Part shown: positions 21,700 through 32,179 of the stretch, one piece after another | Numbering within the stretch: position 1 is the stretch's first letter | How the letters are laid out: each line of letters opens with the position of its first letter | Assembly: GCA_964291215.2 (NCBI GenBank) | Contig: OZ219790.1 | Span: 2,496,001 to 2,560,000, forward strand | Direction of reading: 5' to 3' | Length of the DNA stretch: 64,000 nucleotides | From: Alphaproteobacteria bacterium | Lineage (GTDB): Bacteria; Pseudomonadota; Alphaproteobacteria; MPNO01; UBA830 | Notes under the pieces: generated by a model | The model's input: only the letters and a program-made list of their open reading frames with translations | Database searches by the model: none | Told to the model about the DNA's origin: nothing | Translations under genes and position numbers: made by a program

Positions 21700-23219
21700 G
21701 TAACTGCTCACCCCCTAGTTCCGGCTTGATGTCGGAGTAGAGCAACGAACGGGTTTTCGTGGAGATTTGACACTGCAGGCCGATTCGTTTAGTGGTGGTC
21801 ATCGAGAACGATGGGGACCGCCAGTGGGCTACTTTGGATCGAAGGCGACGAGCGGGCTGTGCCAGCTGCTTCCGGGGCTTCAGCCCCCGCATGATCTGTA
21901 TGTGGAAACGCATCTCGGAGGCGGTGCGCTGATGAAGCGCAAGGCGGAGTACCGGAAGATGCCGCCGGGCGAGCGCCAGGCGATGCTCGCGGCGAGGCCG
22001 GGTGATGGCGACGGGCGGCGCGCGAGGAGTTCGAAGCGGCCAGGACCGCGGCGCTGCCGGCAAGGTGTCGGAAGAGGCCGTGATCCGCGTCCTCGACATC
22101 CTCATCGTCGTCCTTCTGGAGAAGACCACGCACGAGCCGGAACTCCGGTCTGCCGCCGTCACAGACGGACAAGAGCGTGCCGGGAGCAACGGCCCGAAGC
22201 CGAACCAGCAGATGGGCGACAACCTGCCATCGTCGAGGAAACGGTCGCGGCCTGCGACGCCTGCGGCGCCGACATCGACGGCGTCGATCGGGAGCGCCGC
22301 ACGACATCGTGTTCGAGGTCGTGCCGCGTCGACGCCGAGGAATGCCCGAAGTGCAAAGGCCCGAACCAAGGGCCGGTTCCCCGACAACATCCCGTGCAGT
22401 ACGGCATCCAGGCCCTCGTCATCAACCTGCTGGTCGCCCAGATGCTGTCCCTGCGCCGTGCCGCTCGTGCAGGCGATCTCCGGCATCAAGCTCTCCGAGG
22501 CCTCGGCTATGCTTTCACGATGCGTCATGGGAGGAGGCCACCGTGGCGCACCTCCTGCAACGCCCGATGTCGACGATTTCGGATCAACAGCAAGTGGCTC
22601 CATGTCGTGGGACCCTGACGTGCAAGTTCCCGCACCGCAAGCGCGGGCAAGAGATCGACCCGTGCTACAAGGGCGTCCTGGGCCTCGTACATGGGCCAGT
22701 GTAGCCACCAGCGGCAGCCACCTGCTGCGCGAACTGACCTTTGTCGTCGAGGCTACCGCGCGACTGATGAAGAGCCTGCTCCGCGAGGTCTGCCACAAGG
22801 TCAACAAGAGCGCATCCAAAACCCTGAACGACGCCGGGCGCAAGCGCTACCGCACCATCAGGGCGCCAGGGAACTGCCCGACATCCCGCCGCCGCCGAAA
22901 GGAAAACGTGGACGCAAGTCCGACGCGCACAACCTGTACGAACGTCTCGTGAAACACGAAAACCTGCGCTTCACAGACGACCCCAACGTCAGCTTCACCA
23001 ACAATGCCGGAGAACAGAAGATCAGGATGGCAAAGGTCAAGGTGTCTGGATGCTTCCGCTCCACGCAAAAGCATGGTGCCGGAGCTCAAGCTACCTCACC
23101 TCCATGGCCGCACTCGGCTACAACCCACTCGTCGCCACCCAGACCACCCTCGACGGAAAAGCCGCAGACATCATCAACGAGCACTATGAATCAGAACCCA
23201 ACAAGGGGTGAGTAGATAC
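21700..23219 (+). mobile_element. IS66-family element type B, copy 2 (degenerate)
   Basis: Same IRs as copy 1; no matching TSD; keeps the methyltransferase N-terminus and C-terminal EYRKMPPGERQAMLAA. Confidence 0.9.
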
Positions 23220-23267
23220 CTTAATCTTTGCCATGCCGCAATTTGTCTCTCATCTTTGCTACAATCC

Positions 23268-24245
23268 TTAGCCTTCTAACTGATAGTGCGCGCACACATT
23301 CTGACATTTCCAAGCGAGCATCGGCATTGTGGCGATCCGCGTTCGGATTTCCGGCGAAACATCAAGCAGATCAGCGTTGGCCTCGCCGCGATCCAAAACG
23401 CTGTCCAAGAATTCCTGCTCTGCCGTCGTCAGGTCAAACAGAAGCGCGAATCGCTCGCGACACAGCGCGATCGTCTCCTCGATCCATGCGTCGATCGCCC
23501 CCTTGCCGCCGAAATAGTCCCGCGGCAAACAGATTGTGAGCTTCTGACGAAGCTCCCGCGGGTCGCCCTTGATCGCGTCGATGGAAACGGTTCGCCAATC
23601 ACGGCGCGCGCAGGCGCCGAACGCCAGAAACGCGCCTTTGATGTTCTTCCAGTCGAGCCCCTCGATCGACAGGATACGCCGCGCGTCGAAGAGGTCGCGC
23701 GCGGCGTGGCGATCAAAAAGCGCAACGAGCTTGCCGGCGATAACCTCCTGAAGATTGATTACCAGCACGTCCCTCGCATGCATGTCCCCGAGCGGGACCG
23801 ACGACATACGAGCGGCGCCAAACAAAGGTTGACGCGCCATGTAGTTCACGTCGAGCTCCAATGTCGCATTTCCACCGAGCGCCGAGGCAAAGCGCATGAT
23901 CCACTTGCCGCCGGCATGCTCATCCGGCTTTCGGCGAATATCGTATCCTTGGGAGGCAAGGAGCCGGTTGAGAGCGGCCTCGACATCTGGCCGCTCAGTC
24001 TCCATGGCCGCACGGTCGAGCGCACCGACATAGTTGAGGTCGATGTCGACCGATAAACGATCGAGGCCGAGATGAAAGACATTGAGCGCCGTGCCGCCCT
24101 TGAGCACGAGTCGCTCACTCAGAACTCGGTCACTCGCGATTTCCTGAAGAATGTCGAGGAGGCGCATCACCTTTTCGAGGGAGCCTGCCTGATAGCCGGT
24201 CTCGCCGACGATGCGCTGTAGGGTCTGGATCGAGGGCGCCGCCAT
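23268..24245 (-). CDS. AbiEii-family nucleotidyltransferase toxin (type IV TA)
   Basis: LEKVMRLL, LVLKGGTALN, RLSVDIDL, IAGKLVAL..RHAARDLFD. Confidence 0.92.
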   Translation of the reverse strand: MAAPSIQTLQRIVGETGYQAGSLEKVMRLLDILQEIASDRVLSERLVLKGGTALNVFHLGLDRLSVDIDLNYVGALDRAAMETERPDVEAALNRLLASQGYDIRRKPDEHAGGKWIMRFASALGGNATLELDVNYMARQPLFGAARMSSVPLGDMHARDVLVINLQEVIAGKLVALFDRHAARDLFDARRILSIEGLDWKNIKGAFLAFGACARRDWRTVSIDAIKGDPRELRQKLTICLPRDYFGGKGAIDAWIEETIALCRERFALLFDLTTAEQEFLDSVLDRGEANADLLDVSPEIRTRIATMPMLAWKCQNVCAHYQLEG

Positions 24246-25055
24246 TTATACGCCCTCGAACTGAGGTTCTATGACCTCGACAGGCAGGATGACATTCCAG
24301 CCCGCAGCCGTCCGCCCTTCCCCCGGTTTGGCGGCTAGGGCGTATCGCGCCTGTCGCGGGGCGAGCGCGTGCAGCTTTTTGAGCGCGGTGCTTTCTACAC
24401 CGAGCCGACCCTGTTCGCGCTCCAGCCAGTATCCCAAGGCGCCGGCCGCCGTCGCATTGCCGAGCGCGCGCGCGTGCCGGACCAAGGCAGTGGCATCGAC
24501 TCGCGCGACGAGATCGAGCGAATTGAAAAGCTCCTCCGCGCCGCCCGCGAGATCATAGCGATCGAAGAGATCGGCGATCGTCCGCTCGATCGTCGTCACG
24601 CGAACGCCGAGGCCCATACGGTCAACGACCATGACGCCGTCCGCCAGGCTGCCGTTTTTCTGAGCAAAGCCCCGCGGCGGTTTCACGAACCGGCACGAGA
24701 ACTCGGATGTCTCGACGACGCCCGGCTCGCCGGGCGCAATGACCTGCGCCTCATGGCCTTCCGTATAGGCGCAGCCGTGAAGCTCAAGGGCCGAGTGATA
24801 GGCGATGACGCCGCCGCGCCGCAGGCGCGACGCCGCCAGGAAACGGTCGCCCAACCATTTGGCGGAATCGGCATGCTTGGGGACTGACGCGAAGACACCC
24901 CGTGCGATGCGCTTGATATTGCCGGCCCGAAGGTGCTGGGCGAGCATCGCCGTGACCACCTTGTCATCGGGGCGACGGCCAACCGCGGCGGCATACTCGG
25001 CCCGGTCGAAGACCGGCCTGGCGCTGAAAAACGGGGCTGAAACGAGCCGAGACAT
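24246..25055 (-). CDS. AbiEi-family antitoxin / transcriptional regulator
   Basis: N-terminal wHTH (IKRIARGVF), IAYHSALELHG, VTTIERTIAD; directly abuts abiEii. Confidence 0.88.
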   Translation of the reverse strand: MSRLVSAPFFSARPVFDRAEYAAAVGRRPDDKVVTAMLAQHLRAGNIKRIARGVFASVPKHADSAKWLGDRFLAASRLRRGGVIAYHSALELHGCAYTEGHEAQVIAPGEPGVVETSEFSCRFVKPPRGFAQKNGSLADGVMVVDRMGLGVRVTTIERTIADLFDRYDLAGGAEELFNSLDLVARVDATALVRHARALGNATAAGALGYWLEREQGRLGVESTALKKLHALAPRQARYALAAKPGEGRTAAGWNVILPVEVIEPQFEGV

Positions 25056-25084
25056 GATAATACTTCCTTAGAATCGGAGAGGGT

Positions 25085-25105
25085 AATATATCATATATGG
25101 TTTTG
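25085..25105. promoter_or_regulatory. Putative AbiEi operator half; partner half at about 26713-26733
   Basis: ATATATCATATATGGTTTTG is an imperfect inverted repeat of CCAAACCATATATGCGATATAG on the far side of IS66-B copy 3. Confidence 0.5.
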
Positions 25106-25133
25106 CCATCAATGAAAGAAGTATGCCTGCGAC

Positions 25134-26680
25134 GTATCTACTCACCCCTTGTTGGGTTCTGATTCATAGTGCTCGTTGATGATGTCTGCGGCTTTTCCGT
25201 CGAGGGCGATCTGGGTTGCGACGAGTGGGTTGTAGCCGAGTGCGGCCATGGAGGTGAGGTAGCTTGGCACCATGCTTTTGCGTGGAGCGGAAGCATCCGG
25301 ACACCTTGACCTTTGCCATCCTGATTTTCTGTTCTCCGGCATTGTTGGTGAAGCTGACGTTGGGGTCGTCTGTGAAGCGCAGGTTTTCGTGTTTCACGAG
25401 ACGTTCGTGCAGGTTGTGCGCGTCGGACTTGCGTCCACGTTTTCCTTTCGTCGGCGGCGGGATGTCGGGTAGTTCCTTGGCGCCCTGAGTGAGGATAGTG
25501 CGGTAGCGCTTGCGCCCGGCGTCGTTCAGGGTCTTGGATGCGCTCTTGTTGACCTTGTGGCAGACCTCGCGGAGCAGGCTCTTCATCAGTCGCGCGGTAG
25601 CCTCGACAACAAAGGTCAGTTCGCGCAGCAGGTGGCTGCCGCACAACTGGTGGCTACACTGCCATGTACGAGGCCCAGGACGCCCTTGTAGCACGGGATG
25701 ATGCCGATCTCTTGCCTCCCGGCCGCGCTTGCGGTGTGGGAACTTGCACGTCAGGGTCCCACGACATGGAGCCACTTGCCGTTGATCCGAAATCGTCGAC
25801 ATCGGGCGTTGCAGGAGGTGCGCCACGGCGGCCTCCTCCCATGACACGAGCGCATCGTGAAAGCATAGCTGAGGCAGGTTGCCTCGGAGAGCTTGATGCC
25901 GGAGATCGCCTGCACGAACGCGACGGCACGGCGCAGGGACAGCATTTGGGCAACCAGCAGGTTGATGACGAGGGCCTGAATGCCGATGCCGTACTGCACG
26001 GGATGTTGTCGGAGAACCGGCCCCGGGCCTTGCACTTCGGGCATTCCTTGATCTCGGCGCGGCGCTCGACGACCTCGAACACGATGTCATAGAGGACGCG
26101 GCGCTCCCGATCGACGGGGCCGTCGATGTCGGCACCGCAGGCGTCGCAGGCCGCGACCGTTTCCTCGACGATAGTCTTGCGCAGGTTGTCGCCCATCTGC
26201 CGGTTCGGCTTCGGGCCCTTGCCGTTGCTTCCGGCACGCTCTCGTCCTTGTCCGTCTGTGACGGCGGCAGACCGGAGTTCCGGCTCGTGCGTGGTCTTCT
26301 CCAGAAGGACGACGATGAGGATGTCGAGCAGGATGACGAAGACGCGGATCACGGCCTCTTCCGCCACCTTGCCGGCCGCACGCAGCGCCTTGGCCGCTTC
26401 GAACTCCTCGCGCGCCGCCCGTCGCCATCACCCGGCCTTGCGCTTCATCAGCGCGCCGCCTCCGAGATGCGTTTCCACATACAGATCATGCGGAGGCTGG
26501 AGCCCCGGAAGCAGCTGGCACAGCCCGCTCGTCGCCTTCGATCCAAAGTAGCCCACTGGCGGTCCCCATCGTTCTCGATGACCACCACTAAGCGAATCGG
26601 CATGCAGTGTCAAATCTCCACGAAACCCCGTTTGTTGCTCTACCCCGACATCAAGCCGGAACCAGGGGGTGAGCAGTTAC
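25134..26680 (-). mobile_element. IS66-family element type B, copy 3 (degenerate)
   Basis: Same IRs; perfect 8-bp TSD CCTGCGAC. Confidence 0.92.
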
Positions 26681-26904
26681 CCTGCGACGACCTATACTTT
26701 GTTAAATTCGTCCCAAACCATATATGCGATATAGCTTTCCCCAGCGTAAGGGAAGACAGAAGATACTCGAATTCTAGGCCGACAGGCCAAATTCAGGCCG
26801 TCTGGAACCGGAGCCGCTGGAAAGGCGTGTAACAAAAACCTCCAACCTTACGGCTATCTTTCGAGGTCTTGTTACATCACCGAACACCCTGGATCGGCCC
26901 CCTT

Positions 26905-27213
26905 CTAACCCTCCCGCCGGTTCCAGACGAGCCAGGCCGCACCGTCCTCTTCGAACAAGGCCGCCCGGATGGGCTCGGGGAAGCTCGGGTCGTCGAGCTG
27001 GACGCTCAGCTAGTCGCGGGGCGCCTCACCATTGGTCTTGGCTTTCTAGGCCGCGCCGAGTTCGGCGCGGCCAGCATAGACGCGGAAGTCCGGTGCGCCC
27101 TCGCTCTTTTTCGCATCATTGGTGACGATCCTGGCCTTGATGTTGACCGTCAGGGTCCGGATCGTTCTGACATAGCCGTCCTTGCCGGCGGTGAAACTGC
27201 CAATAGTCGCCAT
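26905..27213 (-). pseudogene. DUF736 family protein (ICE-associated) with two in-frame TAG codons
   Basis: MATIGSFT..IRTLTVN..APDFRV..ELGAA(stop)..LSVQLDDPSFPEPIRAAL..LVWNR. Confidence 0.8.
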
Positions 27214-27216
27214 CTC

Positions 27217-27468
27217 TCAGGTCTCCTTCGCTTGGGTTGACGATGGACGCGCGTCGGCTAAGGCTTTGTGCGCCCTCTTGAAGCCGGGATCAGCGCTCAT
27301 GAACGCCTCCAGCATGAAGGAAATAAGATCGGCGACGCCTTCCTCGTGGCCGTAGGTGCGCCAGTAGATTTCGGCGTAATCGGTCAAGGCGGTCTTGAGC
27401 TCCGGGCTCGCGGTGAAGGTGATCTTCACCGCCTCGCGGTCTGGGAGCTTATCGAGCCTGAGGGTCAT
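27217..27468 (-). CDS. DUF2274 family protein (typically follows trbI in conjugative elements)
   Basis: MTLRLDKLPDREAVKITFT..LTDYAEIY..LISFMLEAFMSADPGF; preceded by a ..PYRG-stop tail resembling the end of trbI. Confidence 0.82.
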   Translation of the reverse strand: MTLRLDKLPDREAVKITFTASPELKTALTDYAEIYWRTYGHEEGVADLISFMLEAFMSADPGFKRAHKALADARPSSTQAKET

Positions 27469-27494
27469 ACGCGTCTCCTCATCCGCGGTAAGGC

Positions 27495-27648
27495 GTCGCG
27501 GTAGGAATGCGCATTGCTGCGCCCCCCCCCCCCCCCCCCCCCCCCGCACAGATCCGGACCTGGACGCAGTCCATCCGGCCTCGGGTGCTTGACGGTAAAC
27601 CGCTGGTCCGGCCATGAGTAACGGATGGGCGGCCAAGAAAGTTCGGTC
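27495..27648 (-). mobile_element. 3' remnant (RT tail plus domains V/VI) of a second group II intron, truncated by IS66
   Basis: WPDQRFTVKHPR tail, GTCCGGATCTGTGCG-G24-CGCAGCAATGCGCATTCCTACCGCGAC. Confidence 0.72.
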
Positions 27649-30600
27649 GTATCTACTCACCCCTAGTTGGGTTCTGATTGGTCGTAGTGCTCGTTGATGA
27701 TGTCTGCGGCTTTTCCGTCGAGGGCGATCTGGGTTGCGACGTGATGATTGTAGCCGAGTGCGGCCATGGAGGTGAGGTAGCTTGGCACCATGCTTTTGCG
27801 TGGAGCGGAAGCATCCGGACACCTTGACCTTTGCCATCCTGATCTTCTGTTCTCCGGCATTGTTGGTGAAGCTGACATCGGGTGCGCCAGGCAAACTGGT
27901 GGAATGTGGCCGGGTGCAAGTCCCGAGAGAGGCTAATTTCTCCGTGAACCATGCGTCGCCAGGCGAAGCGTTGGGGAGCGGCAGGCTATTGAGCCACGAG
28001 ATGCTTTGAAACCGGAGTGCCGAGGTCGTGGCTGAAGGCAACGAGCCGCGTTGGTGAGGGGGGCTCCGCGGGGTCCGAGAACCATGGCCGAAGCAGGGAC
28101 CTGGGAGGTCTTGCCCCTCTGTCGTGGAGGGGCCGCAGAGGAAATTCCGTAAGCCGATGATGAACGAGAAGTCAGATTCGGCCATAGTACCGCTGAAGGC
28201 GGCGAACAAGGGCTCTCCGGAGCCTGCGGAGTTGCTGGAGGGAAGGGCAATGCGGTTGGCCCGCGCCGCGCGCAGAAGCGGGGGTCACAGGCGGCTGAAC
28301 GCAGGTAGCGAAGAGGAACCCGGAAGAGCGTCTTTACTCCACCACGTGACGGTCGATGTTCTGCACGATGCGTTCCATTCCTTGAGGAAGGATGCGGCGG
28401 CGGGCGTAGACGGCGTTGTGTGGCAAACGTACGCGGAAGGGGTGGAACTGGTTGACCTGCACGCCCGTGTGCACAGGGGTGCGTACCGGGCGCCTCCGGG
28501 GTCTACATTCCCAAGGAGGATGGAGGGCAACGACCGCTTGCCTCGGACAAGATTCTTCAGCGGGCGGTGTGATTCTGGTGCCGCGAAACGGAGTTCCTCG
28601 GATTCAGCTACGGCTTCCGGCCGGGGCGCATCATGCGCCGTCACGGTGGAACGGCGGAAGGTCAACTGGATCGTTGACGCCCCTTCGACAACCGCGACCA
28701 TCTGGTTGCGATGCTCGGGAAACGGATCGGGGGGTCTGATCATCAAGTGACGCCGGCGTCATGGAAGGGACCGACTGGCAAGGGAACACCGCAAGGGGCG
28801 GCGCCTTGCGAACCTGCACTACGTGCGACTGGTTCCAGAACCACTGGCGCAAGCGGGACACGATCATTATGCGGACGACTTCGTGTGCGGCTTTCAGCAT
28901 CTGGGCGGCGCTGGGACCTTGGGGAGAGACTGGCCCACTTGAACTGCACCCGGAAAATCATCGAGTTCGGTCGGTTTGCCAGAGCGAACCGCCGGAAACG
29001 TGGGCAAGACGTTCGACTTCCTCGGCATGACGCACTTCTGCGAACAGACGAGGAAAGGCAGGTTCAGGGTCGGTCGCAAACGGGCACCCTGCGGCGGATC
29101 AAGGAGGCCTTGCGCAAGCGGTGGCACGATAACCGGCACGAAACGGCCAAGTGGTGAGTTATCAACGGCTGCTACTACGCCGTTCCAGGAAGCAGCCTGC
29201 AGAAGTTCATACACCAATGCAAACAGCTGCGTGCCCTTCGGCGACGCTCCCAAAAGGACTTCACCGGGGACACAGACACCCTCAACGCTGCCCACTGAGC
29301 CAGCATCCGTGGCCAAACCAGCGCCTTGTCGTCAGGGGAGGAGCGAACAGCGCACGTCCGGTTCTGTGCGGGGGGTAACCCGGTTCCCTACCGCGATGGT
29401 TGTCTATGAAGCGCAGGTTTTCGTGTGTCACGAGACGCAGGTTGTGCGCGTTTGCTATGCGTTTTCCTTTCGTCGGGATGTCGGGCAGTTCCCTGGCGCC
29501 CTGATGGTGCGGTAGCGCCCGGCCTCGTTCAGGGTTTTTGGATGCGCTCTTGTTGACCTTGTGGCAGGGAGCAGGCTCTTCATCAGTCGCGCGGTAGCCT
29601 CGACGACGAAGGTCAGTTCGCGCAGCAGGTGGCTGCCGCTGGTGGCTACACTGGCTCATGTACGAGGCCCAGCAGTCAGGACGCCCTTGTAGCACGGGAT
29701 GATGCCGATCTCTTGCCCGCGCTTGCGGTGCGGGAACTTGCACGTCAGGGTCCCACGACATGGAGCCACTTGCCGTTGATCCGAAATCGTCGACATCGGA
29801 CGTTGCAGGAGGTGCGCCACGGTGGCCTCCTCCCATGACGCATCGTGAAAGCATAGCCGAGGCAGGTTGCCTCGGAGAGCTTGATGCCGGAGATCGCCTG
29901 CACGAACGCGACGGCACGGCGCAGGGACAGCATCTGGGCGACCAGCAGGTTGATGACGAGGGCTTGGATGCCGATGCCGTACTGCACGGGATGTTGTCGG
30001 GGAACCGGCCCTTAGTTCGGGCCTTGCACTTCGGGCATTCCTTGATCTCGGCGCGGCGCTCGACGACCTCGAACACGATGTCGTGCGGCGCTCCCGATCG
30101 ACGGGGCCGTCGGCGCCGCAGGCGTCGCAGGCCGCGACCGTCTCCTCGACGATAGTCTTGCGCAGGTTGTCGCCCATCTGCCGGTTTGGCTTCGGGCCCT
30201 TGCCGTTGCTCCCGGCACGCTCTTGTCCGTCTGTGACGGCGGCAGACCGGAGTTCCGGCTCGTGCGTGGTCTTCTCCAGAAGGACGACGATGAGGATGTC
30301 GAGCAGGATGACGAAGACGCGGATCACGGCCTCTTTCGGCACCTTGCCGGCCGCACGCAGCGCCTTGGCCGCTTCGAACTCCTCGCGCGCCGCCCGTCGC
30401 CATCACCCGGCCTTGCGCTTCATCAGCGCGCCGCTTCCGAGATGCGTTTTCACATACAGATCATGCGGGGGCCGGAGCTTCGGAAGCAGCTGGCACAGCC
30501 CACTCGTCGCCTTCGATCCAAAGTAGCCCACTGGCGGTCCCCGTCGTTCTCGATTACCACCACTAAACGAATCGGCCTGCAGTGTCAAATCTCCACGAAA

Positions 30601-30655
30601 ACCCGTTCGTTGCTCTACCCCGACATCAAGCCGGAACCAGGGGGTGAGCAGTTAC
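27649..30655 (-). mobile_element. IS66-family element type B, copy 4 (degenerate, contains group II intron)
   Basis: Same IRs; no matching TSD. Confidence 0.9.
27882..29397 (+). mobile_element. Group II intron, second copy, decayed RT
   Basis: 5' GTGCG at 27882, 3' CCTACCGCGAT at 29397; homologous to 15555-17211 and at the same insertion site. Confidence 0.9.
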
Positions 30656-30742
30656 GGCCAAACTAAGTACGGGGAGACAGGCAGATTTCGATTCTCAGAA
30701 TTTTCCGTTTCCCATCAAAGTGGTATATTTTACGAACGAGAA

Positions 30743-31170
30743 CGGGCGTGAATCTCGTATGGCGATGATGGCGCTGGGCTGAGGGTCAGGGTTCATGCGG
30801 CGCGGCTGTGTTGGTTTCCGGTGCGTTTGTTTTCGTTTGCGGGGGTATCGGCATCGCTCATGAGGGCATTCCATGCGCGGTCGAAGCGTCCGGATTTGAT
30901 GAGGGCGCGTACGGTGAGTACGGCCTGGCCGCCGGCGATGCGCCATCGCATGCCGGAGCGCTTCATTCTCTGTGTGACGAGGGTTTTGTTTGCGGCCTCG
31001 ACGACGCCCGAGCCGATGGCGACGCCGCGGTCGCTGAGGTTGCGGTATCGCATGCGCTTGCGGTGTTTGCGGAAGAAGGCGAGTTTGCGTTCGACGGCGT
31101 TGCGCGCGGCGCGGTTGCTGCCTGCCTTGTCGCGCAGGTAGCGCAGCGCCCGGATCACCCTGGCGACTTC
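30743..31170 (-). pseudogene. ISKra4-family transposase 3' fragment with right IR
   Basis: FFRKHRKRMRY..IGSGVVEAANKTLVTQRMKRSGMRW; IR GGGCGTGAATCTCGTATGGC. Confidence 0.8.
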
Positions 31171-31186
31171 TGACCTTTCCAGCCTG

Positions 31187-32179
31187 TCAACACGGTTGCA
31201 AAGAAGTCACGGCATGTTCAAGGGCTCCCGGCAGCCGCGGATCCAGGGTGATCGTCTCCTGCTCAAGCCACAGTCCCCGGCGCTGCAGGTCCTGCACGAG
31301 GCTGGGCACCCCAGAGAGATCAAGGTCATCGGGCCACGGCTTGCGTTGTGCCCGGTCCGGCAGCCATTCCCGCCAGAAATCCGGCACCGTCCATTGAAGC
31401 CGGGGGTAGCGCTGCCGGAGGGACCCCACGATCCGGGTTCCCTCGGGATCCAGATCGCCGAAATGAACTATGGGAACGCCCTCAAGCTGGTCCAGAATCC
31501 GCACGGCCGCGGCGGTGTTCCATCCCGGGACGTGAACGACCATCCAGTCCGGCGGCGCCGGGACGTCCATATAGGGGCCAAGGTTCTCAACGGTCAGAAC
31601 CGCACGCGGGCGGTCCCCGGCGAGTCGGGTGCCGTCCCGGAGCGCCCTTTCGTTCAGCGCCACCTCGCCCGCGACTCCAACGAGCAGGGACGCTGCCACC
31701 CGACAGGAGGTGGTCTCGAGAACCAAGCCCCGGTTCGGACGAAGCCGCGCGATGCCGTCATTCGTGATATCGATGCCCTCGAGGGCCGAGCGGCGCTCGC
31801 CGGTGAACCCGGCCTTCGAGTGCGGCCCGACCAGGGCGGCGGCCGTCTTGGTGTTCAAGCGTCCCGGCAGTGCCCCGGCCTGGGAGGCCCGATCCCGGTC
31901 CCGGAGGCGCTTCCATCCCTCGTGTGTCACCGGCAGGCCGGCCTGGACCAGCCGCTCCCGGGCGACGCGCCATTCGGGCCAGCGCCCGTCGAGCATGTCC
32001 TCGGCGTCGGCCCGGAACGAAGGGACGAACTCGAGTTCGTTGCGCCGTCCCGTCGTCCTGGTCCAGGGAAGACCGGCGGCGAACTCCCAGGCGGCTCTCT
32101 GTCCCTCCCGGAGGCCCAGACGTCCCTCGTGGACCAGCTCGACCAGCGCAAGCCTGTTCTCGTCCCGGTCCCACATCAC
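31187..32179 (-). CDS. Toprim-domain putative nuclease, Wadjet JetD/MksG-like (DUF2399-like C-terminus)
   Basis: VLTVENLGPY (conserved Toprim Glu), HVPGWNT, HFGDLDPEG (DxD), WLEQE; GTGA overlap with the mukB stop. Confidence 0.82.
   Translation of the reverse strand: MMWDRDENRLALVELVHEGRLGLREGQRAAWEFAAGLPWTRTTGRRNELEFVPSFRADAEDMLDGRWPEWRVARERLVQAGLPVTHEGWKRLRDRDRASQAGALPGRLNTKTAAALVGPHSKAGFTGERRSALEGIDITNDGIARLRPNRGLVLETTSCRVAASLLVGVAGEVALNERALRDGTRLAGDRPRAVLTVENLGPYMDVPAPPDWMVVHVPGWNTAAAVRILDQLEGVPIVHFGDLDPEGTRIVGSLRQRYPRLQWTVPDFWREWLPDRAQRKPWPDDLDLSGVPSLVQDLQRRGLWLEQETITLDPRLPGALEHAVTSLQPC

Noticed and set aside
21700-26680. Composite transposon of IS66-B copies 2 and 3 around AbiE
   Set aside because: Copy 3 has its own TSD and the outer flanks share none, so the insertions were independent.
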